From Phyllosticta citribraziliensis (lineage: Eukaryota): a stretch of DNA of 64,000 nt. Positions 1 to 13,200 of the stretch are shown here, piece by piece (the first letter of the stretch is position 1; each line of letters opens with the position of its first letter). The position numbers and the translations under genes are program-made. The notes under the pieces are model-generated. The model was given only the letters and a program-made list of their open reading frames with translations, did no database searches and was not told the origin of the DNA. The DNA lies in NCBI RefSeq assembly GCF_038025025.1, contig NW_027117338.1, positions 62,001-126,000 on the forward strand, written 5' to 3'.

Positions 1-346
1 CGGGACGTTTGAAAAAGACGTACCGCTGCGTTCCGAGGCACGTTGGGCAATACGAGCATGCGAGGACGGGACGGGCTGAAACTTGGGCGCTGCAATGTGA
101 GAATCAACGAGAATTACGGTAGAAATGCACAAACATCATCTGCAGGCGAATACCTTACGTTAAACATGCTGGTCGGCGGTGCTGCTTCGCCAAGACATGT
201 TGCGCCATCCGTGTTGGGACTAGCTTGGTTTAGCCGAGCAACCCACAATCCTCTCAGAAACTTTCCTTGGACGCACCATCGACGACACCAGCGACATCGC
301 CCACCCGACCCCGACCACCCTCCACGGACGAAGATACGACAAGAAG

Positions 347-620
347 GTTAGTTCTCGATGCGCTCCCGCTCGCTGCACGACTCGACTGCGACTTCACGAT
401 TGGATATTGGACGACGACGAACGAACAACGCCAGCCGGTCACCCACGCCTCGCGCCCTCGGCAGCCAGCAGCCATCGCAATGGAATTGGCAAGCTTGGGA
501 ACGGGTTGGATACGAGGCGGCTGGTCTGGATGGCTCTTTCGAAATCGACCAATATTCTGTGAACTCGGTGTCGGGGAGGCGGAGCTCAAGGACGAGAACA
601 GACGCTAATTCGACATACAG
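347..620 (+). other. Probable 5'-UTR intron of RPS8
   Basis: Donor GTTAGT at 347, branch GCTAAT at 604-609, acceptor TACAG ending at 620, 21 nt before the ATG. Confidence 0.7.
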
Positions 621-641
621 TAATCTTCGACCGCCGCAATC

Positions 642-1349
642 ATGGGGTATTTTGAAATCAGCTCCTCTACCTCTACAACGGACATGGCTGACATTCTGCA
701 GTATCTCTCGCGATTCTCGTCACAAGCGCTCGGCCACCGGCGCTAAGAGGGCATACTACCGCAAGAAGAGGTATGCATAACCCGATCGCTCTGCTAAACC
801 ATGTCTGACATGGCTCGCAGGGCTTTCGAGAAGGGTCGCCAGCCGGCCAACACCCGTATCGGTGCCAAGCGCATTCACCTTGTGCGCACCCGCGGCGGCA
901 ACCGGAAGTTCCGCGCTCTGCGTCTGGAGGCGGGCAACTTCTCGTGGGGCACCGAGGGCATCTCGCGCAAGACGCGTGTCATCGTCGTCGCCTACCACCC
1001 GTCCAACAACGAGCTGGTCCGCACCAACACCCTGACCAAGTCGGCCGTCGTCCAGATCGACGCCGCGCCCTTCCGCCAGTGGTACGAGGCCCACTACGGC
1101 ACCAACCTCGGCCGCAGGAGGCAGGCCAAGGCTGAGGCCGAGGAGGTCAAGAAGTCCAAGTCGGTCGAGAAGAAGCAGGAGGCCCGCGTCAAGGATCACG
1201 GCAAGGTTGACTCTGCCCTGGAGAAGCAGTTCGAGGCCGGTCGTCTGTACGCCGTCATTGCCTCGCGCCCCGGCCAGAGCGGCCGCGTCGACGGCTACAT
1301 CCTCGAGGGTGACGAGCTCGCCTTCTACCAGCGCGCCATCAGGAAGTAG
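642..1349 (+). CDS. RPS8: 40S ribosomal protein S8 (eS8); exons 642-646, 702-770, 821-1349
   Basis: Spliced translation [39 protein letters not shown]...[15 protein letters not shown] is the eS8 signature. GT..AG introns 647-701 and 771-820 carry CTGAC branch sites and restore the frame. Confidence 0.98.
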
Positions 1350-2584
1350 AGGCTTGGCAGCTAGCATGCGGGTTCTTTACGGTTTATGCGGGGTTCAAAA
1401 TTCAATGGTCAATTGGGCATGAGACCACTGGGCTGCATGTCTCTTTCTGGGGGGGAAAGCTAGATATTCGATCCGGTATGACGAATACCAACAAAAGTCA
1501 ACCGTCGGCACTTCCGATACCCTTTTCAAAATTCAAATTGTGAAACTGTTCCACTGTGCCAGTGGTGGACGGCTTCGACTGTGCTCTCACAAAGTTCTCG
1601 ACAGCGCTTGTGGAGCTTCTCCACCTCGCCAGACCTTTGCTACTGAAGCTTCATTCCAATTCCCACGACACGAGTCTGGATGCTGGACATCTCACTTTGC
1701 AAACTCTCCCTTCCAAGTGCCTCCCCGGCACCATTTACCCTCTTGCGCATTTCCAGGCTGAATCCCACGTCCACTGACTCTGCCACAGGACCATTCGACA
1801 TGTCGACACTGCGATTGGTCAACAGCCAACCGACACACGTCCAGAGACCGAAAGCCCTTTGGTCCAACAGTCAAGTCCCCATCAGCCCTGCCACAGTCTT
1901 TCGTCGAGTCAAACCAGCCAGTCCCTGTCCTGTCAGTCCAGTCAAGCCCCGGTCCGGGCCGTCCCTCCGCCGCAGCCAACCCTCCCATCCGCACCGCCAG
2001 CCAGTCCCCGACCACCACCTTCAATCTCCCTCTTCCTCCGCTCCCACGCAAACGCATCGCGCTTCTCCGAAGCAGCGAATGAGCCGTGTCGACTGCGTCT
2101 CGTTTGTGTGTCTTTGGTTCGATCAACGCATCATACTTCCACACGCGCATCACACATCCTGTGTCATCGCCCCAAGCGACGCAGCGGAAGCATGTCCCCT
2201 GGCGCGGAGAGGCTCGACGCGGTGCGTGACTGACTCCAGCCGCGCGCTCGCCTGCATGCTTGAGCCAAAACCGACCGCTCGAGCGGAACCTTTGGCCAAA
2301 CAACCTGCCTTTCCTTCTCCATCGCCATCGCAGATCAACTGATCCCACGGCTGCCGACGATTAGCAGGAGCAGTGTCGTCGGCGTCCTGCAGCAGTCTGC
2401 TACGTCGACTCTAATGCACCCTTGACTGGACATCCACTGGGCCGTGGGTTGCTCGGCGGCTCTTGCGTACAAAAGAAGGCGGGTGGGATGTGTTGGAGCG
2501 ATGATGAGAGTACCGCTCCTCGGACGCGCAGCAGACGGGCTCCTGTCTTCGACATTCATCGTCAGGCTACGCGCGGGATACGCC

Positions 2585-4174
2585 ATGGTTTCCAAAGTCG
2601 ACGTTGAAGAGACGGCGCGCGCAGCGTCTCCCACCACCGCGGAGCAGGAGGTGGACGAGGAGCAGCAGCCATGCGACGTCGCCTCCGAACAGTCGATTCA
2701 GGCCAACAAGTGGCATCGAGCAGCGTACACGGGCGCTCTCGTCTTCAACCTCGCTTCGTTCATACTCCCGGCTCTATACAGCACGCTGTCCAAGCTCTGG
2801 GTCGCCAACATCGACTCCTCCCTCGTCGTGACCACCGACGCCTACACGTACATCGGCGTCGTGGCCGAAGTGCTCAACGAAGGCCTCCCGCGCGCCGCAT
2901 GGGTGATAATCGGAGACAAAGCGTCACGGCCGCTGGCCCAACGGCTCCAACTAACACACACGCTCATCGCCTTCCAGGCGGTCCTGGGGCTAGCAATGAG
3001 CCTCGCCTTCGTGGGCGGCGCAAAGGCCTTCGCGCGCGGCTTCGTGCCCGCCGACGTGCGCGCGCTGAGCATCACGTACGTGCGCATCGGGGCCTTCAGC
3101 GCCTTCAGCAGCGCCGTCGAGACGGCCGTGGCGGCGGCCACGCGCGCCCTCGACCGCCCGGACGTCCCGCTGCTCATCAGCTCGGTCAAGTTCGCCGTCA
3201 ACATCGTGCTGGACCTGCTGCTCATCTCAAAGGTGCACGTCGGCGCGCACCGGCCGTCCGTCAATCTGCAGACTGGCATCCAGCTGGCGTGCAATCTGGC
3301 GTCGGCGGCCGCTGGACTGGCGTATTTTCTGTGGAGGAACACGCTCAAGTTCCGGAAGACGCGGAGGAGAACGACGACAACGAGCTTTGAGCAGGCAGGA
3401 GATGACACTCCGCCATCGACGCGGCCCAGCGCGCAAGCCCTCGCGATCCTCCTCCGCCCGGGCATCCTGACGTTCATCGAGTCGGCCATCCGCAACGCGC
3501 TGTACCTGTGGCTGGTGCACACGATCGTGTCCATGGGCTCGACGTACGCGACAGCGTGGGGCGTCTTCAACACGATCCGCTGGGGGCTCGTCATGGTGCC
3601 GGTGCAAGCGCTGGAGCAGACATCGCTCGCCTTCGTCGGGCACGCCTGGGGGTCCTGGCGCCGCAGCATCGGCGTGACGACGCGGCGGCCGGGCAAAGGG
3701 CGCTGCACGCCGTCCACGCTGCTCGCCATCACACGGCCAGCCCTCGTGTCGCTGGGGCTCGCCCTCGCCGTCGAAGTCCCGCTCTGCATCTTCCTCTCGA
3801 CGCACGGCGCGGCGCCCTTCGCGCGCTACCTCAGCGGGTCGTCCGCCGTCGCGGCCGTCACGGCGCGCATGTGGCGCACGATCGACTGGTGCTACGTCTT
3901 CTACGCGGCGTCGACGATGCTGGTCACGGTGCTGCTCGCCACGCGCCCGCGCTGGTACCTCTACCAGAGTCTGGCCAGCAACCTGCTGTACGTGCTGCCG
4001 TGGGCCGTCGTCTGCCAGGCCGCGCACCTCGACGCCGACGTCGCCTGGACGTACCACCGGCTGGTATTTGGCGGCAGCCTCGTCTTCAGCTTCGTCGACG
4101 TCCTCGTCGTCGATGCGCTGTGGGCTTGGGCGCTGCTCAATGGGAAGATGCGCCTGGATGTGTTTAGGGGGTGA
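2585..4174 (+). CDS. MATE-like (MOP superfamily) multi-pass membrane protein, intronless
   Basis: 529-aa ORF from ATG 2585 (cgccATGg) with many hydrophobic segments in two halves and strong GC3 codon bias. Segments such as [28 protein letters not shown] resemble MATE transporters. Confidence 0.7.
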   Translation: MVSKVDVEETARAASPTTAEQEVDEEQQPCDVASEQSIQANKWHRAAYTGALVFNLASFILPALYSTLSKLWVANIDSSLVVTTDAYTYIGVVAEVLNEGLPRAAWVIIGDKASRPLAQRLQLTHTLIAFQAVLGLAMSLAFVGGAKAFARGFVPADVRALSITYVRIGAFSAFSSAVETAVAAATRALDRPDVPLLISSVKFAVNIVLDLLLISKVHVGAHRPSVNLQTGIQLACNLASAAAGLAYFLWRNTLKFRKTRRRTTTTSFEQAGDDTPPSTRPSAQALAILLRPGILTFIESAIRNALYLWLVHTIVSMGSTYATAWGVFNTIRWGLVMVPVQALEQTSLAFVGHAWGSWRRSIGVTTRRPGKGRCTPSTLLAITRPALVSLGLALAVEVPLCIFLSTHGAAPFARYLSGSSAVAAVTARMWRTIDWCYVFYAASTMLVTVLLATRPRWYLYQSLASNLLYVLPWAVVCQAAHLDADVAWTYHRLVFGGSLVFSFVDVLVVDALWAWALLNGKMRLDVFRG

Positions 4175-5843
4175 CTTAAACGGACAGATGGATGGATCGG
4201 TGTTCGCGGAGTTCCGGGTGCGATTTTTTGGCATTTGTAGAGACGGAAAAGTTGCTCTGGGTATCCTCGTTTGGAATCCAGCGCGTAGATGGTTGGCAGA
4301 TGCCCTTTCGTCAAATTGTCGGAGAAGGAAAGGTCCAAAATGTAGTACCAAATCCAACTCATCTGCAACAGTCAGCTCATATCCGTCGAAGTAAATTTGG
4401 GATCCATGTCAAGTGGGGAGCACACGTCAACCTGTGAGGGCGACCAAGAGCACTCGGCAGCTCTAACCTGTAGAAACCACAACAACTTATGCCACGACCC
4501 CTATGAGCGCGCCCTAATACATTGTAGCAGCAGCAGCAGCAGGAGGAGGGTATTAGTAAGATGTGAAAAGTAAGCTGAGCACCAACAGGGCTAATCACGT
4601 CAACACTAAAGTGTGGTTCGTTTATGTTCAAATTTGTTGGGACTCAGGATTAGAAGTGAGAAAAGAAGGGGAAAAGCCGCTGCCCGTCAAAAAAGGAGTA
4701 AGAGAAGAATAGAAGAGACCCCAAACAAACATTGAATCATGACTAACACATTCCGAAGGCTGGGGGGGAGGATGGGGGAGAGGAAGAATAAGAGAGAGAG
4801 AGAGAGAGACAGATGGCAGAGAACGAACACAACGTCCTTGGAAGTAAAGGAGGAGGAGGAGGAGGAGGAGGAGGACAGTGATAACAAGGCAAGAGTAGTC
4901 AAGGGATAGAAAATCCAGTCAACGCCAACCAAGGACACGGTTCCACTCGCTGCCATTCTGGCTTCCAACCATGGCCGCACACATGAATTGAAAAAACGCC
5001 AGGAAATGGGAGTACATCTCCCCTTTTCAAATTAAAACATGAATAAGAGCAGCCGTGTGACTATTGACCTGATCAGTAGCGGCCAATGTGGAAAGGGGAA
5101 TATCCCATGGTACAAAAAAGTGTCTATAAGGAACTCCAAGGGAAAGGGAATGGTCCTCCCGTATGCGACTTGTGCAACTGCAGATGGGGTCTTTGAAAGG
5201 AATCCCCTCAAGTCTTGACTGTCTCGGACATGGATATTTAAGACCGTTGAGAATGTTTGGCAAGACATGCCGCTGTGGGTCTTGCAACCAGTAGTGACGG
5301 GATTATGTAGAGGAATGCCAGTCGATGATAAGGACAGGGCGGCATTCCGTGTCTGGTTCCGTGCAGATGCCAGCCGTGGCTGGCCTGATATGAGTGTCGA
5401 AGTATCATGTATGCTGGAACCAAGTGGAAAAGCAGAGGCAAGAGCATGGGTGGTGGTGAGAATACCTCTTCGGAGAAGATGCACGGGTCGACGCAAACGC
5501 AGGAGCGAACCGAGGGGAGGCGGTAAGGTCTTTATCGAAAGTCGCAGCTTGTCCAACAGTGTGCCCCGGTAGATCATGCCGGGTATTTTGCAAGCGTGAG
5601 ACCCATGGGACTGAAGAGAGCCCCGGATATCTCTTCCTGCGGGGGCGCTGTGACTGTCTGGACCGTTGGGACTGGAAACCTGGACAAGGCCGCTGAGGGA
5701 GCAGAGCCAAAAGGTAGAGTTGGTACAGTACAACGTGCTGTTTCCGCCGGTGGTGTCGGGTACCAAAGAGGTCGAATATGGATGGCGGACATGAACCTCG
5801 ACGCAATGATGGACGCGGCGAGCCACGGCTTCGAAAGGCGTCT

Positions 5844-7370
5844 TCAAGTCTCACCCAGAGCCTGACGCAGCATTTGGTTGCCAACTACCAGGTTCTCCAG
5901 AAATTTGGCTGCCTCGATGAGCATGGCGCTCTTGCTGAACCCACCCGCCTTGAGTCCCGGGACAAGCTCGTTGAGCGCGCCGAAGCCAACCTTGATGGCG
6001 TTGCGACGCTTTTGCTCGCTCAAGATGTGGTTACTACGCTTCTGCTCCTCGCTCAAGTTTTCGCGCCGTTCCTTCTGTGAAACCTTGCCCTTCTTCACAG
6101 GGCTCTCGGCTCCTGAGTCCCTCAACCTCTTAGCATTGCGGGGGCCGACGCTGAAAGAGGCGGCACGCTGACCGCCTGCACTGGTGGGTGTAGAGGAGCC
6201 GAGACGAGCGGTCGGAATGAGACCGTTCTCGGCAAGAGTGCGACGACGCTTGATGGGCCCACCGCCTGGACTTGCATTTTCAGAGGTTGAATCACCTCCG
6301 TCAGACACTGGGGCGCCTGGGTCGATAGGCATGAGGTCCACGAGCATGCGCTTGCGATTGGTAGGCTGTTTGACGTGATTAGCATCGTGGTAGCTCAAAG
6401 GTGCGCGTTTTTGAAGCGTAGGACTCGGCGGCTGCGTGTTGGGCTGGGTGCTCGGACCACTGCCCGCGGGCTGCAACACCTGCATGTCGCTCACCAGCCT
6501 ACGTACAATGGCGTCTTCCGTCTGCGTCGTCTTGGAATCCGGGCGGAAGCCGTTGTTGTTGAAGTTGGTGTCGGAACCGAATTGCGGAGGAGGGCGGGGG
6601 CGGACAGGCACGGATGTCGTGCCGTAGTAGGGATGGCTTTGGGAGGGTGCGACACTGCGGCCCATGGTGAAGAAGTTGAGGACGGTCGTCGGTGCGCCGT
6701 CATCCGCAGACGTGGCAGGAGCATTCGTGTGGTGGTGGTCGGCCGTCGAGGTAAAGGGTGCAGATGCCGGAGGGCTCGGCAGGCTGGCGCCTGGCATCGA
6801 GGTAGGATGAGGTTTGCTGAGAAAGGTCATGTCATGGGGTTGTGAGCTCGACATGAGAGCCGTAGCAGCGCCAATGACTTCGTCGGACGCGCGGGTTTGC
6901 ATGCTGCCATTGCGCGGCTGCATGTAGTGATTCACGGGGTGGTGATCGATATGGCCAAACATGGCTGCGTTGTGGGAGGGTTCTGTGACGGTGCCATGAA
7001 AGGTCGGCGCCGAGTCCATGAAGTTGAAACCACCAAAAGAGTCTGTAGGATGATGATTTGAAGGTCCAAAGTCATGATCTGAAAAGGTAAAGTTGTTGGA
7101 GCCCTGGTTGAAGGGACCTTGGTCAAAAAAGTCCTGGAGCTGACCGAACTGGAGGTCATTCAGCAAGCCCGGGCCTGGCGCTTGGACATTTTCAGCAGCG
7201 GCAGCATAGTCGACGTCGCCTGGAAAATTGCCCATCATCTTGTACGCTGTCTCGTCCAGGACCTTGGGGTCGGTGTAGTGGTACCCGTAGATGTTTTCAT
7301 CCTTGCCGGGCACCTGGTTGGAGCTCATTCCGAAATGACTAGCCGGCGGCTGGTTCACGAGCGCCAACAT
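5844..7370 (-). CDS. bHLH transcription factor, Ino2/Yas2-like (start at 7370 or 7328)
   Basis: C-terminal bHLH RRENLSEEQKRSNHILSEQKRRNAIKVGFGALNELVPGLKAGGFSKSAMLIEAAKFLENL after a long low-complexity activation region. Confidence 0.85.
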   Translation of the reverse strand: MLALVNQPPASHFGMSSNQVPGKDENIYGYHYTDPKVLDETAYKMMGNFPGDVDYAAAAENVQAPGPGLLNDLQFGQLQDFFDQGPFNQGSNNFTFSDHDFGPSNHHPTDSFGGFNFMDSAPTFHGTVTEPSHNAAMFGHIDHHPVNHYMQPRNGSMQTRASDEVIGAATALMSSSQPHDMTFLSKPHPTSMPGASLPSPPASAPFTSTADHHHTNAPATSADDGAPTTVLNFFTMGRSVAPSQSHPYYGTTSVPVRPRPPPQFGSDTNFNNNGFRPDSKTTQTEDAIVRRLVSDMQVLQPAGSGPSTQPNTQPPSPTLQKRAPLSYHDANHVKQPTNRKRMLVDLMPIDPGAPVSDGGDSTSENASPGGGPIKRRRTLAENGLIPTARLGSSTPTSAGGQRAASFSVGPRNAKRLRDSGAESPVKKGKVSQKERRENLSEEQKRSNHILSEQKRRNAIKVGFGALNELVPGLKAGGFSKSAMLIEAAKFLENLVVGNQMLRQALGET

Positions 7371-8477
7371 GAGGTCGATGTTGGATGCGGGTGTAGTGTA
7401 TGTTGAGTTGAGCAGAGGTCGACGGCAGGGTTATACGCGGGTGCCGGTCGAGGTGGGCGTTTTCATGGCGGGACGAGGTCCGATTGCAGACGGAGAGGTG
7501 CAGACGAGGACCGACAGAGTGGATGACAAGTCGTGTCTCGTCTACGGGCCGGCCGAGCATGGACGACGGATGCTTCAGGAATTGCGGGAGCTTAGCAGGC
7601 TAAGCGGATGGTGTCGAGGGCGGCGGACTTTGGGGTGGTGACGGAGGCGGAGGTCTGGGAAGAGATGGGTAGAAGAGCAAATGTTTTGGAGGCCAAGACG
7701 TCGAGGGCGAGATGGAGCAGGCCGGGGTGGTGGGCCTGGGATTGTTCATGCATCCCAGCGGCGGGCGGCGGGCGGGCGGGCAGTCGAGGTCGTCGAAGAA
7801 GAAGTCGGAGTCGTGGTCGAGGTGAGGACGACGGGACCGGGACTGGGACTGGGACTGGAGGTGAGCGAGAGGGAAGCGGGCGCATCACATGTCAAAATGC
7901 ACCTCAGGCAGGCACACTACTCCAGCACCGAAATGCCCCCAGCCCCAGCCCCAGACAGACCTCGCCCTCGACCTCGACCTGACCTCGACACCACCCACCC
8001 CTGCCCACCACGGCACCAGCACGACGACTGCAATCTGATAATTTGGATTCCCATTTCTTCCCTTTCTGATTCTGGCGCGCGGCCCAGTCCCTTTGCATTC
8101 TGTTCGCCAGGGGACCGACCTATCGTTACCTCCACCTCACCTCCTCGCCGTCGTCGTCAGCGTTTCACCACGCCGCCGTCTGCTCCAGTCTGCTCCTACC
8201 TACATCGAGTCGACTCGACTCGGCCTAGTCCTGTTCGAGTCCCAGGTCCAGAGAGAGCGAAAACGAAGACGACGACGACAACCTCACAAAAGTCGATGCC
8301 CTCCGGCCGAGGCCTCCCCCTGCTCGCTCTCCGCACTGCCGTGTGACCTCATGCCTGTCTGGTCAATGTCCAAAACTCCCTCCAGGAGACCTGACTCCTC
8401 CTCTGTCGAATCTGAACGCGCCAGGCGACCGAGCCTCGGTGTCTCTCTCCTCTTTTCCCAAGCAGCAGCATCAGACT

Positions 8478-10211
8478 ATGGCCGCTGACCGCCATCCGTC
8501 TCCGCCGCCGCCGCAGCTGCTCGCGCCGTGCGTCTCGTGGCTCTGGTACCGCCCGATACCTTGCTGATTAACAGCTACCCGCAGGATCCTCAGGGCCTAC
8601 CTGCTGGCCTTTGGTTCGACCGCCGGTCCCCGCATCGCATCCCTCATCCTTGCGCTGCTCCCCCACAGTCCGAAGCATCCCCAGAACGTAAGTGAGATTG
8701 CCTTTTGGCCTTTCGACTCGCTGATTGCTCCCAATTTCAAGCTCACCATTAAGCTGTGGCAAGCTCTGAAACAAAGTGCGGGATGGAACCGCTTCCCTGC
8801 TTTTTGCGCAATCCTGGTAGGCGGCTCTCTAGCATTAGAGGGACCGTTGCGTTCCCTTGGCCATTGGATTCCATCTAACCGACGCCTCTGCCTACGCCTC
8901 GCTACCAAATTTCTCTCGGCCACAGTTGCTGCCAATATTGGCTTCAATCTGCTTAACAGCGAGCCAAGCGCTCCTCTGCCCTCCCAAGACGGTTCCGCCG
9001 CTCCGAAACTCAAGGAGACTGGTCAATATGGAAATCTCCGAGGATTAGATCCGACTGGAGCAACAGACGCCCCTCCCGTTGCCGCAGCCAGCGCCGAGAC
9101 AGTTGCTATCGAGCGCGAAGATGACCTTTCTTGCGACTTTCGTGCCACGGTAAACCCATCGCTGCCACCCCTGCCGGCCAGAGACGTCTACCGGGCCCGT
9201 TCGCTGCAGCCGTTGGCCGGCAAGACGATTGATCTCACCCTCTTTGCCGCAGTACGCGCTCTCGACATATGTATTGCTCCCGTGGTCGCAAAGCGCCGGA
9301 ACACGGCCGCTCGCATTGTTGCGACGTCGTCCAACACGGTCCTATTCGTCCTGTCCTGCTACATCATCATGCGTGCCTGGTTCTACGCGCCCAATCGTCT
9401 CCCGCGCTCCTACAATCGATGGATCTCATCGGCTGCCCAGCTCGACCCACGACTGCTCCTTACCCTAAGGCACGCGCGCTACGGGCACTTTAGGTACGGC
9501 ATTGAGACGGGCATCGGGCCCCTACTAGGCACCATGTGCCGGGACTACGGTCTCCCCTATGAGTGGGGCAACCCGGCAAAGACAATACCAATTCCCTGCG
9601 AGCTAGTCCACCAGGGCGTTGGGCCAAGCTGCGAACACCACTTTGCCCACCGCTTCGCCAAGGCCTGGCTCTTTGCTGCCAAAATGTACGTCCCGTTGCA
9701 ACTGCTCGTGTGGGCGCAGCGGTACGCCATCTCGGCGCGCCACGGCACCGCTGCCAAAGCCGATGCTCTAGTGAAGGCACTACGCGAAGGCGCCCGCTCC
9801 TCTGCCTTTCTCGCCGCCTTCATCTCGCTCTTCTACTACGGCGTCTGCTTGGGTCGCACGCGACTCGGGCCCCGCGTCTTTTCGTCCAAGACTGTCACGC
9901 CGCAAATGTGGGATGGCGGACTTGCCGAGTCGGTGGGCGCGTGGCTTTGCGGATGGTCCGTCCTGCTCGAGAAGCCGCACCGGCGCACCGAGTTTGCCTT
10001 TTTCGTCCTGCCTCGCGCGCTGGCTGTCGTGATGCCGCGCAGGTACGAGAGGAAGTACCTGGGGCGCGAGCGTATTGCCTTTGTCTTGTCTGCGGCCGTC
10101 ATCATGACGGCGGCGGGCGAGAAGCCTGAGCTTGTACGCGGCGTCTTAGGACGCGTCTTGTCCGGCATTTTGGGGACCGGGCACAAGAGGAGGCCGGCGG
10201 TAGAGGTATAA
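8478..10211 (+). CDS. TMEM135-like integral membrane protein (putative peroxisomal/mitochondrial); introns ~8528-8584 and ~8688-8741
   Basis: Splicing GTGCGT..GCAG and GTAAGT..CAAG joins MAADRHPS..PILRAYLLAFGSTAGPR..RFPAFCAILVGGS to the 454-aa ORF. It contains IMRAWFYAPNRLPRSYNRWI, IPCELVH..SCEHH and EKPHRRTEFAFFVLPRA, typical of TMEM135-family proteins. Confidence 0.8.
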
Positions 10212-13200
10212 AGCTCGTCCCCTATTAGAGGATTTGCACGTGTTGCAGGTGTGTTTTTAAGGACTGGCTGAATCTATTGTATTGCTATACTCCCTGTAAC
10301 ACCAGGAACATCTATAGATAAGGCTCTTTTCTCGCGAAGAGACGTGGTCACGCTTTTACATATAATGTGGTAGTCACGCAAGCAGCCCAGGGCACAGTAA
10401 GGTACCGGTAGACCCACGGCAGACTGACCCACTGCGGCACTCACTCCCCCTGGCCCCCTTTCTCCTCTCCCGTCCTGGGCTGGCATTTGGCATTAGCTCA
10501 TACCGCACTCTCTAACCAGCACGCGATCGTATCTAAGATAGCGAGAGCGAGTACGCTAGGCGAGTGGTGGTAGAAACCTATTGAACCGGCGACCAACACC
10601 AATACCATCTTGCCCATGACTACCACCATGCGATGGCAACGCAAGGCACCTAGACTGCTGCCGTTGTCGCTTCGCGCAGTCATTCGACCTGCTTCTGTCT
10701 GACTCGCGGCAGCTCTAGCATTGTGCGGTAGCAGACGCGCCACGCGCTGTATGCACAACGGAGTACGGCAAAAACACACATATCTCGATCTCGCCCGTAC
10801 AACCTTACCAACGTCCTAAACCACAATCGCATCCTTCCGCGTCGTTTGCCGTCCTATCTAGCTAGCGTCGCCGTCGGAACAATGCTGGTTTACCGCGTGC
10901 TCTGTTACTGGCTGGCTGGCTGGCTGGCTTGCTGGCTGACTTTACATGAGCCACCTGCGCTGCAGTAGATACATGTATGTGTACTCACTGCTCGAAAGTA
11001 CGGCACTTACAGTAGAGCGTCCCGTAAATGAGTACCGGCAGCTTAGCTACGTCTGAGTGGCATCAACTGCTGTGCGGCACTTGTCAACAAACGGCACAGT
11101 CAGGACAATCGGCACACGCTCCCGCAGAAAGTTGTTCGTCTGCACGCACTGCATGTACTGTATGTACAGTGTGTACAGTGCAGCAGCATGTACCCCGCAC
11201 GCCTGCACGTCTACCTGCCTACCTACCTACCTACCTGGCAGCAAGACATCAGGTCAAATCATCTCTTTACCTTGTCCCTACCGCCTGGCTGCCTGGTTGC
11301 CTGCCGCCCGCCTGCCAACTCAGCCCTACGCAAATGAAGCCACGCGGCGGCCGGCCCAGGGGCGAATGACTCGAGCAAGAGGGCCGGCCGTCACCATCGC
11401 TCGATCTGTCGGCTCTTTCCTTTTTGGATGAAGGTGCTGGGGTGTTTGTCTGCGTGTCTGCTTGTTTGCTGGGAAGAGGGGGGAGGGGAGAGGAAAGAGA
11501 GGTTTGCTTGCTTTCGCTGTTGCGAGAGATGAGAGGGGGGGATGGATGGTTGACTTGACGGATGACTTGCTTTCCACGAGTGAGCGTTGGATGGTGGAAT
11601 GGTACTTCTGCGTTGCTTGTTGGGCGCAGATGCACAGCGAGAGAAGGAGGAGGAAAGAATCGTGCGCCGCGCCATGCCATGCCATTGCGCCAACACCGCC
11701 TCAGCCATTACCCCCTCTCTTCTCTCGACTTTTCTCCCCCTCTTTGCGCATGCAAAAGACGCATTTCCCTTACGGCCGTTGGCAGGGAAGGTCGCGGTGG
11801 AGTGGTTGCAAGCAGCCCGGTAAGGTAGCGCCCGCCCGCCTGCCCGCCGCCAAGCCCTCGACCGACGCCCTGACCTGACCTGACCTGACAGCACGGCTGG
11901 AAGACTGGCGAAGAGAAAAGTTGGCTGCCCTGGGGTGCGGGCGTTGGTCGAGGAGGGAGGAGGGCGGACGAGATAGCGCACGTCATTCGTCGCATCTCGA
12001 TCTCAAACACCGCGATCCATCGTCCATCAGGTCGCGCGTGGGTCGGTTGGGTACTACCACGTAAGCAAGTGCCCTACCGTCTGGGTTTCCCGTTCCCGTT
12101 CGCGCTTCGCGTCGCAGCAGCGGGCGGCGGCGGCGGTGCGTGACGTTGTGTTGCGGGGAAAGACGGGACACTTGTCTAGCGGCGGGAGCGGAGAACGAGG
12201 CGAGGCGAGGCGAAAAGTCTACCTACGTACCCCGTGGGGTAAGTGGTCGTACCGTTACCCCAGAGGAACCCCAGACGAAAAGGGTGACTGACTAGTGAAG
12301 GAAAAAAGAGAGAAAAAGAAAAGGATAGGGCGGCTCGGTCCTTGTCGTCGTGCTGTTTTTCTTTGCGACCCCACAACACCACTCACGCGGTACCTGCCTG
12401 GCTACATTCCTTTGCCCGCTGCAGCAGTCGTGGCGGGCAGACACACACCCACTGCGCAAGGCCAACCGCCGCGGTACTTTACTCGTGGAGGAGGGGCTGC
12501 CCCTCGTTTTCACCTGCTTTTGCCTGCCTCTGCGGTAGATGGGAGATATTTTCTGTCGAGAAAACCTTGCCGTCGCGGGCTCCGAGAGCAAGCGACACAG
12601 TCTGGAATGGTTGGCTGAGCATTTTCTGTCCTGTCCTGCCCCCATCTTTGCCTTTTTTTCTCTCCTCTTCTCGTCCCGCATGCTACGTGGTGCTCGGTTT
12701 GCTGCCATGGGTATCGCGGTCGGACTTGTGGAAGTTGGTCAAGTGTGGGCAGTCATGCTGTGGGCGAGTTGACTGCCCTGTTTGTCAGCGGTAGGCTGTT
12801 TGCCTGCCCTTTAGACTGCGGGATGTGCGCCGGTTTCTTTTCTCTTCGTCCTGGCTTTGACTTTTGCTCGATTTTCGTGGCTCGACTGCAATTGACGCGC
12901 CTGCGCGTTTCGTCTGAGAGGACCGCTGCATTCTCAAACTCGACCGACATGAACAACTCAGAAGAGAGCTCAACGAATAGGATACAATGTGCAAATCCGC
13001 AGAAGCTGCGTGACACTGACAGGAAAGGCCAGTCTTGCAATGCCGTCATAGGCGACGCAATGACCTTCCTTGCGCTCGGCACTCTTTCGCCAACTCGCAC
13101 AACTCGAGCATCAAGACTCAGCAAGGGGGTAAACGACGAGAAAGGAGACTGTAAGGAGAGGAAACCCCGCCCGCAGTACCTCAAACGTTTGACATCGGTA

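Noticed and set aside
2671..4357. Long antisense/alternate-frame ORFs over the MATE-like gene (similarly over VMA2, MIOX and the 1045-aa gene)
   Set aside because: Expected shadow ORFs of GC3-rich coding sequence.
8205..8250. B-box-like GTTCGAGTCCC suggesting a tRNA
   Set aside because: No A-box or cloverleaf stems around it.
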